64,000 bases of DNA, from IMG/VR virus record IMGVR_UViG_3300035520_000529, positions 44,210 to 108,209 of that record; one strand, 5' to 3'. Below are positions 51,129 through 61,259 of the stretch, one piece after another (positions within the stretch are counted from its first letter, which is position 1; each line of letters opens with the position of its first letter). The DNA is from a virus (Duplodnaviria > Caudoviricetes). The notes beneath the pieces are model-generated. The model did not search any database. It saw nothing but the letters and a program-made list of their open reading frames with translations, and was not told the origin of the DNA. The position numbers were made by a program, and so were the translations under genes.

Positions 51129-51953
51129 TTACTCTTGTAAATCTTCTTTGTCATGTTCTAATTGTCTAAAAGAGATGGCTTTCTTTTTCTCTCTTTGATA
51201 GGCTTTGGACTTTATTAAGTATCCGTGAAAAGACTTTCTTTCGCCGTTTAAGACTCTTAAAATGTTCTTTCTTATGGTGTAATCATTTTCACAACTTTCA
51301 AAGTTCTTCTTAAAATAGTTAGTTAATTCATACAAATCTTTAAACTTTATTTGGTTATTAGGATTCTTTTTGCTAACTATCGTAATAGGTAAATTTGCAT
51401 AACCCACGTACTTCTTTTGAAGTTTAGGTTTTTTAGTTTTTATCTTTTTAATAGCCTTTAAATGAAATCGATATTTTTTTATCCATGATTTAAGAGTACT
51501 TTTACAAATACCATACTCTTTGGCAATTTCACCCATAGATTGACGTTTTAACTTATACAACAATTCTTCTCTCGTTGGAATAATGTCTATTCTTAAATAC
51601 TCTGCGTGACATTCGTTACAGCAGAATATCGCATCTTTATTTTGACTTTTAAAGTCTTTCCCACAGTTTTTACACACAAAGTGGTAGTACACTGGTGGAC
51701 TAGTAAATGTATTGTCTCCCATGTCGACAAGCACTCCAGTTGCATGAAACCTATTATGGTCTCCAAAGGTTCTAAACACTAAGAGATTTTCTGGGTCATT
51801 GTTCTTTTTGTTGCCGTCGATGTGATGGACAACTTCGGTAGAAAGTAACTTCCTACCCAGCCTTTTTTCCATCACATCTCTATGGACTTCTTTATAGACT
51901 CTATTGCCATCTAAGTCTATGCACCAATGTTTTTCGTAGTCTGAATAAGCCAT
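51129..51953 (-). CDS. HNH endonuclease with Zn-finger and HTH (free-standing homing type)
   Basis: HRDVME..LGR.L...EVVHHIDGNKKNNDPENL; CKNCGK...FCCNEC. Confidence 0.85.
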   Translation of the reverse strand: MAYSDYEKHWCIDLDGNRVYKEVHRDVMEKRLGRKLLSTEVVHHIDGNKKNNDPENLLVFRTFGDHNRFHATGVLVDMGDNTFTSPPVYYHFVCKNCGKDFKSQNKDAIFCCNECHAEYLRIDIIPTREELLYKLKRQSMGEIAKEYGICKSTLKSWIKKYRFHLKAIKKIKTKKPKLQKKYVGYANLPITIVSKKNPNNQIKFKDLYELTNYFKKNFESCENDYTIRKNILRVLNGERKSFHGYLIKSKAYQREKKKAISFRQLEHDKEDLQE

Positions 51954-51955
51954 AA

Positions 51956-52300
51956 CTAGTCTACGTCAACATCTTTAATCTTTTGCTTGTAATTAGAGAA
52001 GAACCTAAACTTTACAGAGTATGTAGGCGGAACTTCCTTAGTTATTAGATTGCCTTGCTCATCTCTAAGTAGGTTACCATTATCGTCTTTTTGACTTAAA
52101 TCTATGCAAGTCTTAGCAGGTCTGACCTTTGGTTCAAACTTACCTACACCATTAATTGTAACTATGTTGCCATTTAAAATCTGCTCAGATATTACCTCAA
52201 AAACAGCATTTACCGCTTGTAAAGAATTATCAAGAGTCCATTCATTCTTCTTAGCTACTTCTCTAACAAATTCATTCTTATTTAAAGTTGTAATTTCCAT
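51956..52300 (-). CDS. HU/IHF-like DNA-binding protein
   Basis: NKNEFVREVA, VTINGVGKFEPKVRPA, VKF. Confidence 0.82.
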   Translation of the reverse strand: MEITTLNKNEFVREVAKKNEWTLDNSLQAVNAVFEVISEQILNGNIVTINGVGKFEPKVRPAKTCIDLSQKDDNGNLLRDEQGNLITKEVPPTYSVKFRFFSNYKQKIKDVDVD

Positions 52301-52376
52301 AATCTATATATTCCTTTCTATCTTCTAATGTATGAGACATTCCTCACCTACGTCAATAGGTGAGAAAGTCATTAAT

Positions 52377-53018
52377 CTATAATATTTGTGTTATATCCGT
52401 AACAATTTCATCAGCAATACCTAATTCAATCATCTCGTTTGCTGACATATACCAATCTTGTCTATACTTTTCATCGTATGCTTTTCTGGTAATCTTAGTC
52501 TTAGATATGATGTAATCTTTCAATGTCTCCTCTGACTTTTCAGTAAACTTCGCTCTATCTAAGGCTTTGCCAGTACTGTTAAAGTCACCCATATAACCAT
52601 CGTGTAGTAAAAATATGGTGTTTGGAAAGATAAATCTCTTGTGACCCGATAGCAATAATAGTCCGCCACTGGAGTAGCATTTACCCATACCTATAGTGTA
52701 TATAGGCGTTTTCGATGCGTTAATGACATCTATAAAGTTCATAACAGCAGGGACTTCACCACCATTACTGTTAACGTAAATCTTGATTGGAATCCTCTCC
52801 TCAATAGGAAGATTTAACTTTTCATCTTCTCTATTCCACTGAATGATTTCCAAACATAGGCTCATGAGAAAATCGTTAATTTCAAAGTTTATGTAAATCT
52901 CACGATTCTCCAACCCTCTCCATTCACGAACGCTTTCTGGGTCAGCTAACTTTAAATTATAAATACTCTCCATGTCACCTCTAACCATATCATAACTATC
53001 ACATTTTTTAATATCCAT
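52377..53018 (-). CDS. ClpP-like protease
   Basis: IKIYVNSNGG, GKCYSSG (Ser), LLHDG (His), QDWYMSANEMIELGIADEI. Confidence 0.85.
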   Translation of the reverse strand: MDIKKCDSYDMVRGDMESIYNLKLADPESVREWRGLENREIYINFEINDFLMSLCLEIIQWNREDEKLNLPIEERIPIKIYVNSNGGEVPAVMNFIDVINASKTPIYTIGMGKCYSSGGLLLLSGHKRFIFPNTIFLLHDGYMGDFNSTGKALDRAKFTEKSEETLKDYIISKTKITRKAYDEKYRQDWYMSANEMIELGIADEIVTDITQIL

Positions 53019-53023
53019 TCGTT

Positions 53024-53236
53024 TTAATCGTTCGTAGGTACGAACTTTTCCTTTCTGCTAAAGAGAGACTCTCTAACTGTATTTAGTAGATTAATAGCAC
53101 GATTGCTTTCTTCCATGTAGTACTTACCACGATGTCTTTTAGTTTTTGAAGTTTGTCTAATGCTTACAGAATTATCCAAACTTTTAATTAGCATACTTTC
53201 TGCTTGACTGATTTCAACCATTGTTTTCAACCTCAA
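53024..53236 (-). CDS. Small hypothetical protein
   Basis: ORF at head of the ClpP-HU cluster. Confidence 0.5.
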   Translation of the reverse strand: MRLKTMVEISQAESMLIKSLDNSVSIRQTSKTKRHRGKYYMEESNRAINLLNTVRESLFSRKEKFVPTND

Positions 53237-53382
53237 ATATCTTTTTAGAATACGAAAACTATGTGAATTATATAGCTTTCATATTACTTTTTAGCGGAAA
53301 TTAGTTGTTAAATTACGTAGTTATGTGATTTTGTGAATTGCAATTGATAAAAGATATAATATTTTTAGCGGAAAATGTCTTG

Positions 53383-54027
53383 TTATATAGTTTTCAAAAA
53401 AGCGTTGTACTCTTTAACGATGGTATCAAAGCTGTGTATTTTAAGAGCAACATTTTTGCTTTGAACAGATTCAAGAGCAAACTTCACTTGTATGCTAATA
53501 CTTGAAACCTTTTGACTAAACTTAATTAAGCCTAATTTATATAGTTCATGAATATAATCGCAAATAGTAATGTTTTTCTCTTTAACCATAGACATTACGT
53601 TCAATTGCTGAATGGTTAAGTTAACCCAATAATCATTATTAGGATTGACTTCGTGATTATACTTTGCTACACATAATAACGTAATAGCAATGTTTTTTAG
53701 GTTTTTATTAGGCAATTTACTAATAGTGTCTAACTCTTGTTGGTAGAGGTTTACGCACTCCACATGAGATAGTGTATGGGCGTGGTTGATAGAATAGTAT
53801 TCTATCATTTTGGCATATTTTTTATCTAAGTAATTTTCAACATTGCCCTTAAGGAAATCCATCAGCTTGTTGTAAATCTCAAAGTTACTTAACTTTAATT
53901 CATGTGCATAGTATCTCGATAACAATTCTAAACACTGACTTACATTTCTACAATTTATACCCTCGTTTAAGATTGATTTGCACTCTTTTAATTCGTTCAT
54001 AATCATTTTTTTATTCTTCACAGACAT
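53383..54027 (-). CDS. Hypothetical protein coupled to the RNA polymerase gene
   Basis: Overlaps the RNAP stop. Confidence 0.6.
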   Translation of the reverse strand: MSVKNKKMIMNELKECKSILNEGINCRNVSQCLELLSRYYAHELKLSNFEIYNKLMDFLKGNVENYLDKKYAKMIEYYSINHAHTLSHVECVNLYQQELDTISKLPNKNLKNIAITLLCVAKYNHEVNPNNDYWVNLTIQQLNVMSMVKEKNITICDYIHELYKLGLIKFSQKVSSISIQVKFALESVQSKNVALKIHSFDTIVKEYNAFLKTI

Positions 54028-55552
54028 CCACCATTTTAAACCTTTCCACGAATCTATGTCCGTTATATGTTATGTACTCGCCTTGAAAATCATCGTCAAC
54101 CATTTCTAGATACTTAATCTTTCTATTGTTTTTATCCAGTAAATTTTCTACAAAAACATCTCCACAAATATCCCAAGCAAATTGCTTACTATAGTTATTA
54201 GTGTAACATAAATCTAATACAATGTTCGCTAAAACGTACTTATTATTGCAAATCTCAAACGCTTTAGCTTTAAAACTTTCTTGAAACATCGCTCTGGCAC
54301 TGTATTGGCTATATTTATCCTTAGATTTGCCTTTATGACTAACTTTAAAGCTTTGAGTCTTCTCTTTATATTCGTTGTAAATGGCTTTTATACACTCAAA
54401 ATCGTGCGTTGAATACGCATAATCATTATTTTTTAAGATAGTATAATCGAACTGTGCAGTGTTAAATTTAGCATTGTTAAGTACGTTATTTAGGCTTTTT
54501 TCGACTTTGTGACAGATGAGGTTCATGGTAGAATCGTTGTCAGTGATAGGACTCAAACGTTTATACCAATTGATAAAGTCCATCTCATCTTCGGATAAAG
54601 AGATATTGTTTAACAAACTTTCTATGGGTTTTCCAAACTTCATTAAACACTTTTGAGATGATAGTTTGTAATAGTTGGTATATTCTTTCTTTAATTCGGG
54701 ATAATTGTAAATGAAAAAATACGGCTTTTTATTTGCTACAATGCTCTTATTAAAAGTATCATTACCCTCAATGTCATGTGCGTTGTACCAATATTTAGGC
54801 ATACTTTTACACTCAATCCCTTTGATTTTGTCTATGGCATCTTGCTGAAATTTTTGACCGCACATAATTCTATATTCAAGAGTTTTATATTCATTGGAAT
54901 CCTCATTGAACTGTGCTTTAACGTCAAACATTGCCGTAATCTTGTTAGTTGTAGAGCCTATCTCATCACCAAAACCACGCATATCTGATTGCACTAAGTT
55001 TTGGTTATTAATCAACACTTTTTTGCCTTTCCTTTGATTGCACATTATCGGTAAAGTTTTTCTAGTATTGTTCAGCAAAACTTTATTATTAGTAGTAAAA
55101 ACCATATCGCCATCAAAGTCACTTCCATTAAAACTTGCACAAGTTAAGTCCCATGCGTTTAAAATAGTTACTTCGGACATATATTTGTACCAATAATTCA
55201 CATCATCATTGTTGACTAAATTTAAAGTTCTAATGTTATTATGACAACTCATAGGGGAACGAAAACCTACTACTTGTGTGGTTTTTCTATCGTTCCAATA
55301 CTTAGAGTAGAACTCATTCTTTTTTAAAAGTCCCGTAGGTTCAATGCCAAAAATAGATTGACATAAAATGAATGGGTCTCCACTCATGAGACTAAAATTT
55401 CCCTCAACTTGCAAAACCCCCATCTTAGAATCGTTAATTTTCTTCGTAAGCATGGACTTTAACTTGCTTTGTACAAATGGATCATTGAGCATATGTTGGT
55501 CAATCATCAACGCTTTAATAAAGTCGGCTCCCAACTTATCAATACTATTCTC
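54011..55552 (-). CDS. YonO-like single-subunit RNA polymerase, exon 2 (catalytic)
   Basis: FRSP, NGSDFDGD metal-binding motif, AIDKIKG; frame is open back to GAG at 55552. Confidence 0.85.
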   Translation of the reverse strand, partial: ENSIDKLGADFIKALMIDQHMLNDPFVQSKLKSMLTKKINDSKMGVLQVEGNFSLMSGDPFILCQSIFGIEPTGLLKKNEFYSKYWNDRKTTQVVGFRSPMSCHNNIRTLNLVNNDDVNYWYKYMSEVTILNAWDLTCASFNGSDFDGDMVFTTNNKVLLNNTRKTLPIMCNQRKGKKVLINNQNLVQSDMRGFGDEIGSTTNKITAMFDVKAQFNEDSNEYKTLEYRIMCGQKFQQDAIDKIKGIECKSMPKYWYNAHDIEGNDTFNKSIVANKKPYFFIYNYPELKKEYTNYYKLSSQKCLMKFGKPIESLLNNISLSEDEMDFINWYKRLSPITDNDSTMNLICHKVEKSLNNVLNNAKFNTAQFDYTILKNNDYAYSTHDFECIKAIYNEYKEKTQSFKVSHKGKSKDKYSQYSARAMFQESFKAKAFEICNNKYVLANIVLDLCYTNNYSKQFAWDICGDVFVENLLDKNNRKIKYLEMVDDDFQGEYITYNGHRFVERFKMVDVCEE

Positions 55553-57567
55553 CCGCTACGATAAATACATACAAACTTAAACAAATCTATAATATTTATA
55601 CTATGACGTTCTCACGAAACGTCTTCCTACTTCAACGAGTCCGATTTTGCTAACACATGAGCGTTAAGCTACTTTCGTTTGGTGTAACTCTCCATAGGCT
55701 TAAATTCCCTAGTAGCGATAGGTACACATTAGCATAATCTTTTAAGTGATTCTATGCTAATTGATAGTTTGCTAAATTAATACTTGCATTGAAATCTCTG
55801 TCGGCAACGTAGCCACAAGCATCACAACGATATACTCTGTCTGATAGTTTCAAATCCTTCTTGACGTTTCCACAACAAGAACACATCTTTGAACTTGGAT
55901 AGAACTTATCAGCTTGGACAAACTTAATGCCAAAAGTTTCGCACTTATACTTCATTTGACGTATAAACTCATAAAACCTCTGTTGAGATATTGCCTTAGA
56001 TAGATGTTTATTCTTCAACATACCTTTGACGTTTAAAGACTCCATAACTATGCGAGATGGCTTGGTTTTCACTATCTCGGTAGTAGTTTGGTGCGTGTAA
56101 TCGTTACGGATATCGGTTAGCCTTTTGTGGATAAGTCTAATCTTAGCGTTCTGCCTTTGGACGTTCTTACAATCCTTTAATGGACGTTTCCATATAGGTC
56201 TACGCTTAATATCGTAGCTTTGCGTGTTGTTAATAAGCATCCTTGAGAGCTTTCTCTGCTCTCTTTTCAAACGCTTTTCCAAACTTCTAACACGCTTAGT
56301 CTTATTGATGTTCTTGTAGACCGTTCCATTAGACACAGTCGCTAACTCTTTGACACCTAAGTCTATACCTAAACTTTCACCAGTGAGTTCGTACTCTACC
56401 GCAGAAACCTCATATCCAACAGACAAGTACCAGTACTTTCCGTCATAAGATATTCTAGAATTAGAGTAGCGTTCACCATTCTTTAACTTAGGCAATGGCT
56501 TAGTAGTCTTGACTACACCTAACTTTTCGCCTTGAAAACCATTTTGAACTCTTTTCAAACTCTCATAGTTGACGTAAAAGCTAGGTTTACTCCTATGTTT
56601 AGACTTATATTTTGGCTTTCCTGATATGCCTTTGAAAAACCTTTTAAGAGCGTTATCTGCATCTTTGATAGCTTGTTTCATAACGTTACTACTAACTTCT
56701 TTCAACCATGTGTGGGTAGTAGGCTTTAACTCATTATTAATGTGTTTTCTGACTGCTCCCTCACTAATTGACTTGCTACCAGTTTCACCATTCACAAGGT
56801 ATTCATGATACACTCTTTCGTTCTCCGAAAGGTAGTAGTTGTATGCCCATCGTGAAGTTCCTGCACTTTTCCAAAACAGAGTTTCTTGCTCTTTGGTAGG
56901 TTTTAACCTAATCTTAATTGCTCTTAGCATTATCTCACCTCACTTATTTGATACTTACATTATACCACAAAAGTGACGTAATTACAAGGTTTTTTAGCAA
57001 ACTATTTGTACCTTATTGATACCAAATTTATAGATTCTTTAGTTATATATTTATCTCATTCACATTAGAACGCAACTTCTAATGCAGTCTTTCTGTTACC
57101 AGTAGACCTCTAACGCTTTCACGTTAGCGTAGACTATATCTTCATCTATGATTGAACCATAGAGCCACATTTTTCTTCCGCCATTAGCTTGCGGTTTTAC
57201 TCTCCCTCAAGGAGATAGTCTTTGGAGGTCTTCCATGCCTTTCGGTTTAGGACTTTCCCTGCTAAACACCCATTGTTATGACACTTAGGACTAACGTTTC
57301 CAGTGTGTCACGCATCGCCTTTCACTGGCACTGATTAGTTTTTATTTCACCTTATGCTATCCATACTATTTTTTTGCTTTCGCACCATTCAGCTTATCGT
57401 TTCCAATTACTGTTTAGGTTGTATGACTTTAGGGGTTCAAAGCATTTAACGTGGAGTTTCCACCAGTCGCCCGATGGAAAGGGCTTTCTGTTATATATTT
57501 TCCTTAAAAATATACACAAGTACATATTTGTTTATGCTTGTCTATATTTTTAGTAACAGTTTTGTTA
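55553..57567 (-). mobile_element. Non-autonomous IS607-type IStron (group I intron + tnpB + omegaRNA, no tnpA), 2015 nt
   Basis: CCAAAGACUAU and GAAGAUAUAGUCU core motifs at about 57130-57225, P9 CUAACGU-GAAA-GCGUUAG; GG core (GTTGGG|TAAC, TAGCGG|GAG); removal gives in-frame FLKGYFVG-ENSIDKLGADFIKALM. Confidence 0.88.
55752..56930 (-). CDS. tnpB: TnpB RNA-guided nuclease (IS607 type)
   Basis: GIDLG, VMESL, DRDFNAS, Zn finger; own promoter TTGTAA-17-TATAAT at 56959-56987. Confidence 0.95.
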   Translation of the reverse strand: MLRAIKIRLKPTKEQETLFWKSAGTSRWAYNYYLSENERVYHEYLVNGETGSKSISEGAVRKHINNELKPTTHTWLKEVSSNVMKQAIKDADNALKRFFKGISGKPKYKSKHRSKPSFYVNYESLKRVQNGFQGEKLGVVKTTKPLPKLKNGERYSNSRISYDGKYWYLSVGYEVSAVEYELTGESLGIDLGVKELATVSNGTVYKNINKTKRVRSLEKRLKREQRKLSRMLINNTQSYDIKRRPIWKRPLKDCKNVQRQNAKIRLIHKRLTDIRNDYTHQTTTEIVKTKPSRIVMESLNVKGMLKNKHLSKAISQQRFYEFIRQMKYKCETFGIKFVQADKFYPSSKMCSCCGNVKKDLKLSDRVYRCDACGYVADRDFNASINLANYQLA

Positions 57568-58800
57568 CCCAACAAAATATCCTTTTAAGAATAGGATGGT
57601 CTTGTTAATATCGTTAGTAAGAACATCATTGATATTATTAATTGTAGGTTTAATTAACGCATCTATGTCATTTTCAGTTAACTTATAACTTTGTAGATAT
57701 TGATAGTTTAAGTTTCTAATGTTGTCTAAAGATTTTGGGGTAACCTTAGTAACACTGAATGTAAACCCATTAACATTACACTTATTAACATAATCTTCAT
57801 AACTAGAATAACTACTCCAAAGTTTTAACATACTTTCTGTAATGATTACATCAACCTTTGTGATGTCTCTTTCATTGCCCCAAACGTCAGTAACTATGTG
57901 GTTTTTAGCAAATTTATCTGCAAACGCATGAAAATCGAAACAGAAAAGCATACCTTTTAGAAACGCATTCCTAATGCAACACCCACTAAACCTATAGTCC
58001 AATTTTAGCTCTTCAGACCATTTTTCTGCAAAACTAGGAGATATTAGTCCAAAGCCATCATTAGCATTATTCTCAATAGTATCAGTTTTAATCTCCAAAA
58101 TAGGCTCGTTTGAGGTATCACTGTCACTAACAGATATGTAAGTATCTTGAAAGTTAGTTAGGCAATCTTTTACAACTATAAAATTAGGAGTGCTAACTGG
58201 AGTCGAAGAACTACACGCTAATGACAAATATGCGTTATATTTGCTAGGAATAAACTTATCATTTGGGTTTCTACCATTCTCCAAACGATTGAGTAACTCA
58301 TCATGAATGCGTTCGCTAACAAACACAACTGTGGACTTTTTAAGCTGTCCTGCAGTGCCTAACAATCTAATAAACTTAGTGCCGTTAATATAAAATCCTT
58401 TCACTGCTCTTTTATAATCGGTTTTGTTATTAGCTACTAAACACAAGTAGTCTTTTCTAAACGATAACTCGTTAATTTTAGAGTATATTTCTTTAATTTC
58501 ATTCCTGGAATTGTAGTTATTTTTGTCTTTTTTAATGACTTTCAATCTACTTCTAAGAGTCTGTAGCAACGTATCTTGAGCGATTTTATCTACTCCGTTA
58601 ATATCGTCTATAAACCTTAAAGTTGTACTATCTGCTAAAGCGATAATTTCATCATTTTGCAAAGCTTCTTCAAAGGTTATAGATAAGTTCCAATCACAAG
58701 ATTTCAAGCGGTTGGTGTCTATTTTAAGCACATATTTCTGTGCGGATTGATGTTTAGCCATATAAAAAATCATCCTTTTGTAATTAATATTTATTACCAT
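57568..58800 (-). CDS. YonO-like RNA polymerase, exon 1
   Basis: SKYNAY.SL..S, NDGFGLISP, IRNAFLKGM, LNYQYLQS motifs of cellular-RdRP-like phage polymerases. Confidence 0.82.
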
Positions 58801-58916
58801 ATTCCCCGTCTATGCTAAAAGATGGAGATTTTTAGTGAAAACGATTATACGTGTATGAAATTTAGAAAAATTGTTTTTAAATACATATTCTTTTGTAAGC
58901 ATTTTCATCACTCTCT

Positions 58917-59423
58917 TTACTTAATTCTTAATACGTCTGCACGTTCACCAAGATGTCCGTAGGTAGTATCACCAGTGACTTCTATATACTTCCTAATGGC
59001 TTCATTATTTGGAGTAGTTGACACTTTAACTAACTCTATTGGTAGGTCTGTAACATCGCAAGTTAGTTGTAAAGGTGCAAGTCCACCACTCTTTGAGATA
59101 CTAAAATTGTGTAAAGGAGTTTGGAATTTTGTCTTTCCTGTGAGTTTCATGGCATCCATTAAGCTATTTTTCATGAAAGAAACTCTATTTTCAAAGTGTT
59201 TTTTTCTAGCAGATAGTCTTTTTTCTTCTTCTTTTATATCAAAAATATAGCCTTGTAAACACTGAATTATGGTGTAATAGTTCTCAGCTTTAACCTCAAA
59301 TTCGCCATCAACAGCTTCTAAGGTGTCAATAAGGCATTGTATTGTGTCTGTATTAATGTCCTCATCTTCTAATAGATGCAATAATTCTTGGTAATTTTCA
59401 CTCAATTCTCTTAAAGTACTCAT
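58917..59423 (-). CDS. Siphovirus Gp157-family protein
   Basis: MSTLRELS..Y..L, DTLEAV.GEFEVKAENY, EEKRL..RKK..EN. Confidence 0.8.
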   Translation of the reverse strand: MSTLRELSENYQELLHLLEDEDINTDTIQCLIDTLEAVDGEFEVKAENYYTIIQCLQGYIFDIKEEEKRLSARKKHFENRVSFMKNSLMDAMKLTGKTKFQTPLHNFSISKSGGLAPLQLTCDVTDLPIELVKVSTTPNNEAIRKYIEVTGDTTYGHLGERADVLRIK

Positions 59424-59528
59424 TAAAAAACCTCCTCTATTTGATTAGTTTATCGTTATTTAATGCTCTATGGGTTAGGTAGCCTATTAAAAACCCACCC
59501 AAAAATATAGATAGTTCATACATTACAC

Positions 59529-60206
59529 TCACACTCTTTTCTCAAAAAGTTCAAATTTAACACGAGGTGAATATGTTTGCACGTCAATTTTGTTTAGTTG
59601 ATGTTTAATGTCTTGAAAATTCACACCCTCTTTAAAAGTAGATATGATTAAATTTATCTTAGAAATCTCGTCTTTTACTAATCTACGTTGTATTCTTGAG
59701 TCATGAAACATCTTATAAGCTTGATAACCCTCAGAAGCAGAAAGTTTGTTAAACTCAATATAGTGTTCAAAATCCACTTGCTCTTTAGATAGAATATCCA
59801 ATTTATAGTTCAAATCTAGTAACCTTTCGTTCAATTTATTAAAGTAAGATTCTAAGCTTTGAATGAACTCAAGGTATTCTTTGTCATTTGGTTGAATGTC
59901 TTTTTCATAATGATTGATATGTTTAACGGCAGTAGGCTCATCAGCCTTGGATTGAATGCTCTTTTCTTTCTTTGCAATCTCTAATTTACCATTTTTGTTT
60001 AAGACTTCACTAGGAGTCCAACCTCTGTTAATCTTCATGGTTTTGGGAAGATTAACTATGAAACTGTTGGCTTTAGTATAGTTTTCAAACACTTTAGCTT
60101 GTTGAAGATACTTAACAATGCTTGGCTTGTTTGTTTGAAATGACTTACCTATGTACTCTATTTGGTTGCACCTAACCGAATAGACTATATACTTCTTTGA
60201 ACTCAC
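59529..60206 (-). CDS. Hypothetical protein (coiled-coil C-terminus)
   Basis: D.EHYIEF...R..RR.VKDE...YSPR pattern; first gene behind the 60249-60277 promoter. Confidence 0.6.
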   Translation of the reverse strand: MSSKKYIVYSVRCNQIEYIGKSFQTNKPSIVKYLQQAKVFENYTKANSFIVNLPKTMKINRGWTPSEVLNKNGKLEIAKKEKSIQSKADEPTAVKHINHYEKDIQPNDKEYLEFIQSLESYFNKLNERLLDLNYKLDILSKEQVDFEHYIEFNKLSASEGYQAYKMFHDSRIQRRLVKDEISKINLIISTFKEGVNFQDIKHQLNKIDVQTYSPRVKFELFEKRV

Positions 60207-60248
60207 AATATAACCCGACCTTTCTAAGATGGTTTTTAATTTATACTT

Positions 60249-60277
60249 ATTATACCATAAATTATATCAGTTGTCAA
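60249..60277 (-). promoter_or_regulatory. Consensus sigmaA promoter, leftward
   Basis: TTGACA-17 nt-TATAAT with extended TG. Confidence 0.85.
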
Positions 60278-61172
60278 TAGTATTTTAAATAAATATTGAT
60301 AAAATAAAAATTTACTATGTTGAATATTTAAGACCTATATCAAATGTTAGTTGGAGAAGATTTACATTAATGTAGTGTATTGAAGTATTAAAATTTAGAC
60401 TTTCAAAGTTTTTCAGATTAAATTTTAATATTTTAAGATATAAACATTAGTTTTAAGCATAGTTTTATTAAATATTTTAATATCTCGTATAGTATTGAAA
60501 ATTGTCAAATATTAACGTTTGATTTAGACAATTTTGAAAGTTAAAGAGGCTTAACTTTCATTTTTATATGGGATATTTTAGAAAATTATAAGGCTATAAG
60601 TAAAAAGATACTATGGAGATGTTAAAGAGTGTAAGCCCAACATATTTAAAAGCATGAAATACGTGTTAAAAAATAGCAATATGTAGTGGCGTAAATAATA
60701 TCTTATTAGTATTATATTGACATGGCATTTCTTGATATCAGTTAAAAATCACGATTGTATGTGATTTTTTAATAGGTTAAAAAGTATATTAAAAATTGAG
60801 AGGTTAGTAAAGGGATGGGTGTGGATTGGTAGTAGATGGGGGAGTTAGTAAGGGGGTTGTATTGAGTTGGTAAGGGCTGATATTGAGTGGTAGTGGGTAG
60901 TATTAGTTAGTAGAAGTAGTTGAAGCACTTGAAATATAGTGGGGTGAATGTTTTTGACTAACTCCCGCCAAAAAATAATACCTCTCTTCAGCAGATTTTT
61001 TAACCTATCCCCGCATTTACGTGCATTATAAAAGGTCAAAAGGTTATGCAATACCCTATACAAAAATACAAGAGAATCACGAAGCATCGACATAAAAAAC
61101 TTTTTTTTTGTACCAATAAACCTATTGTTTTAATAAACGTGTATGTTATAGTATAACCATACTAAACGAAAA

Positions 61173-61250
61173 GACATAACACACAACGCCCACGTATGAC
61201 ATAACACATAACACCCACGTATGACATCCACGTAATACAAACGCCCACGT
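61173..61250 (+). repeat. Short direct-repeat cluster
   Basis: CCCACGTATGACAT x2, AACGCCCACGT x2, CCACGT x4, ACATAACAC x3. Confidence 0.8.
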
Positions 61251-61259
61251 TTTAAAAAA

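Noticed and set aside
61173-61250. Mini CRISPR array
   Set aside because: Repeats are too short and irregular, with no unique spacers of constant length
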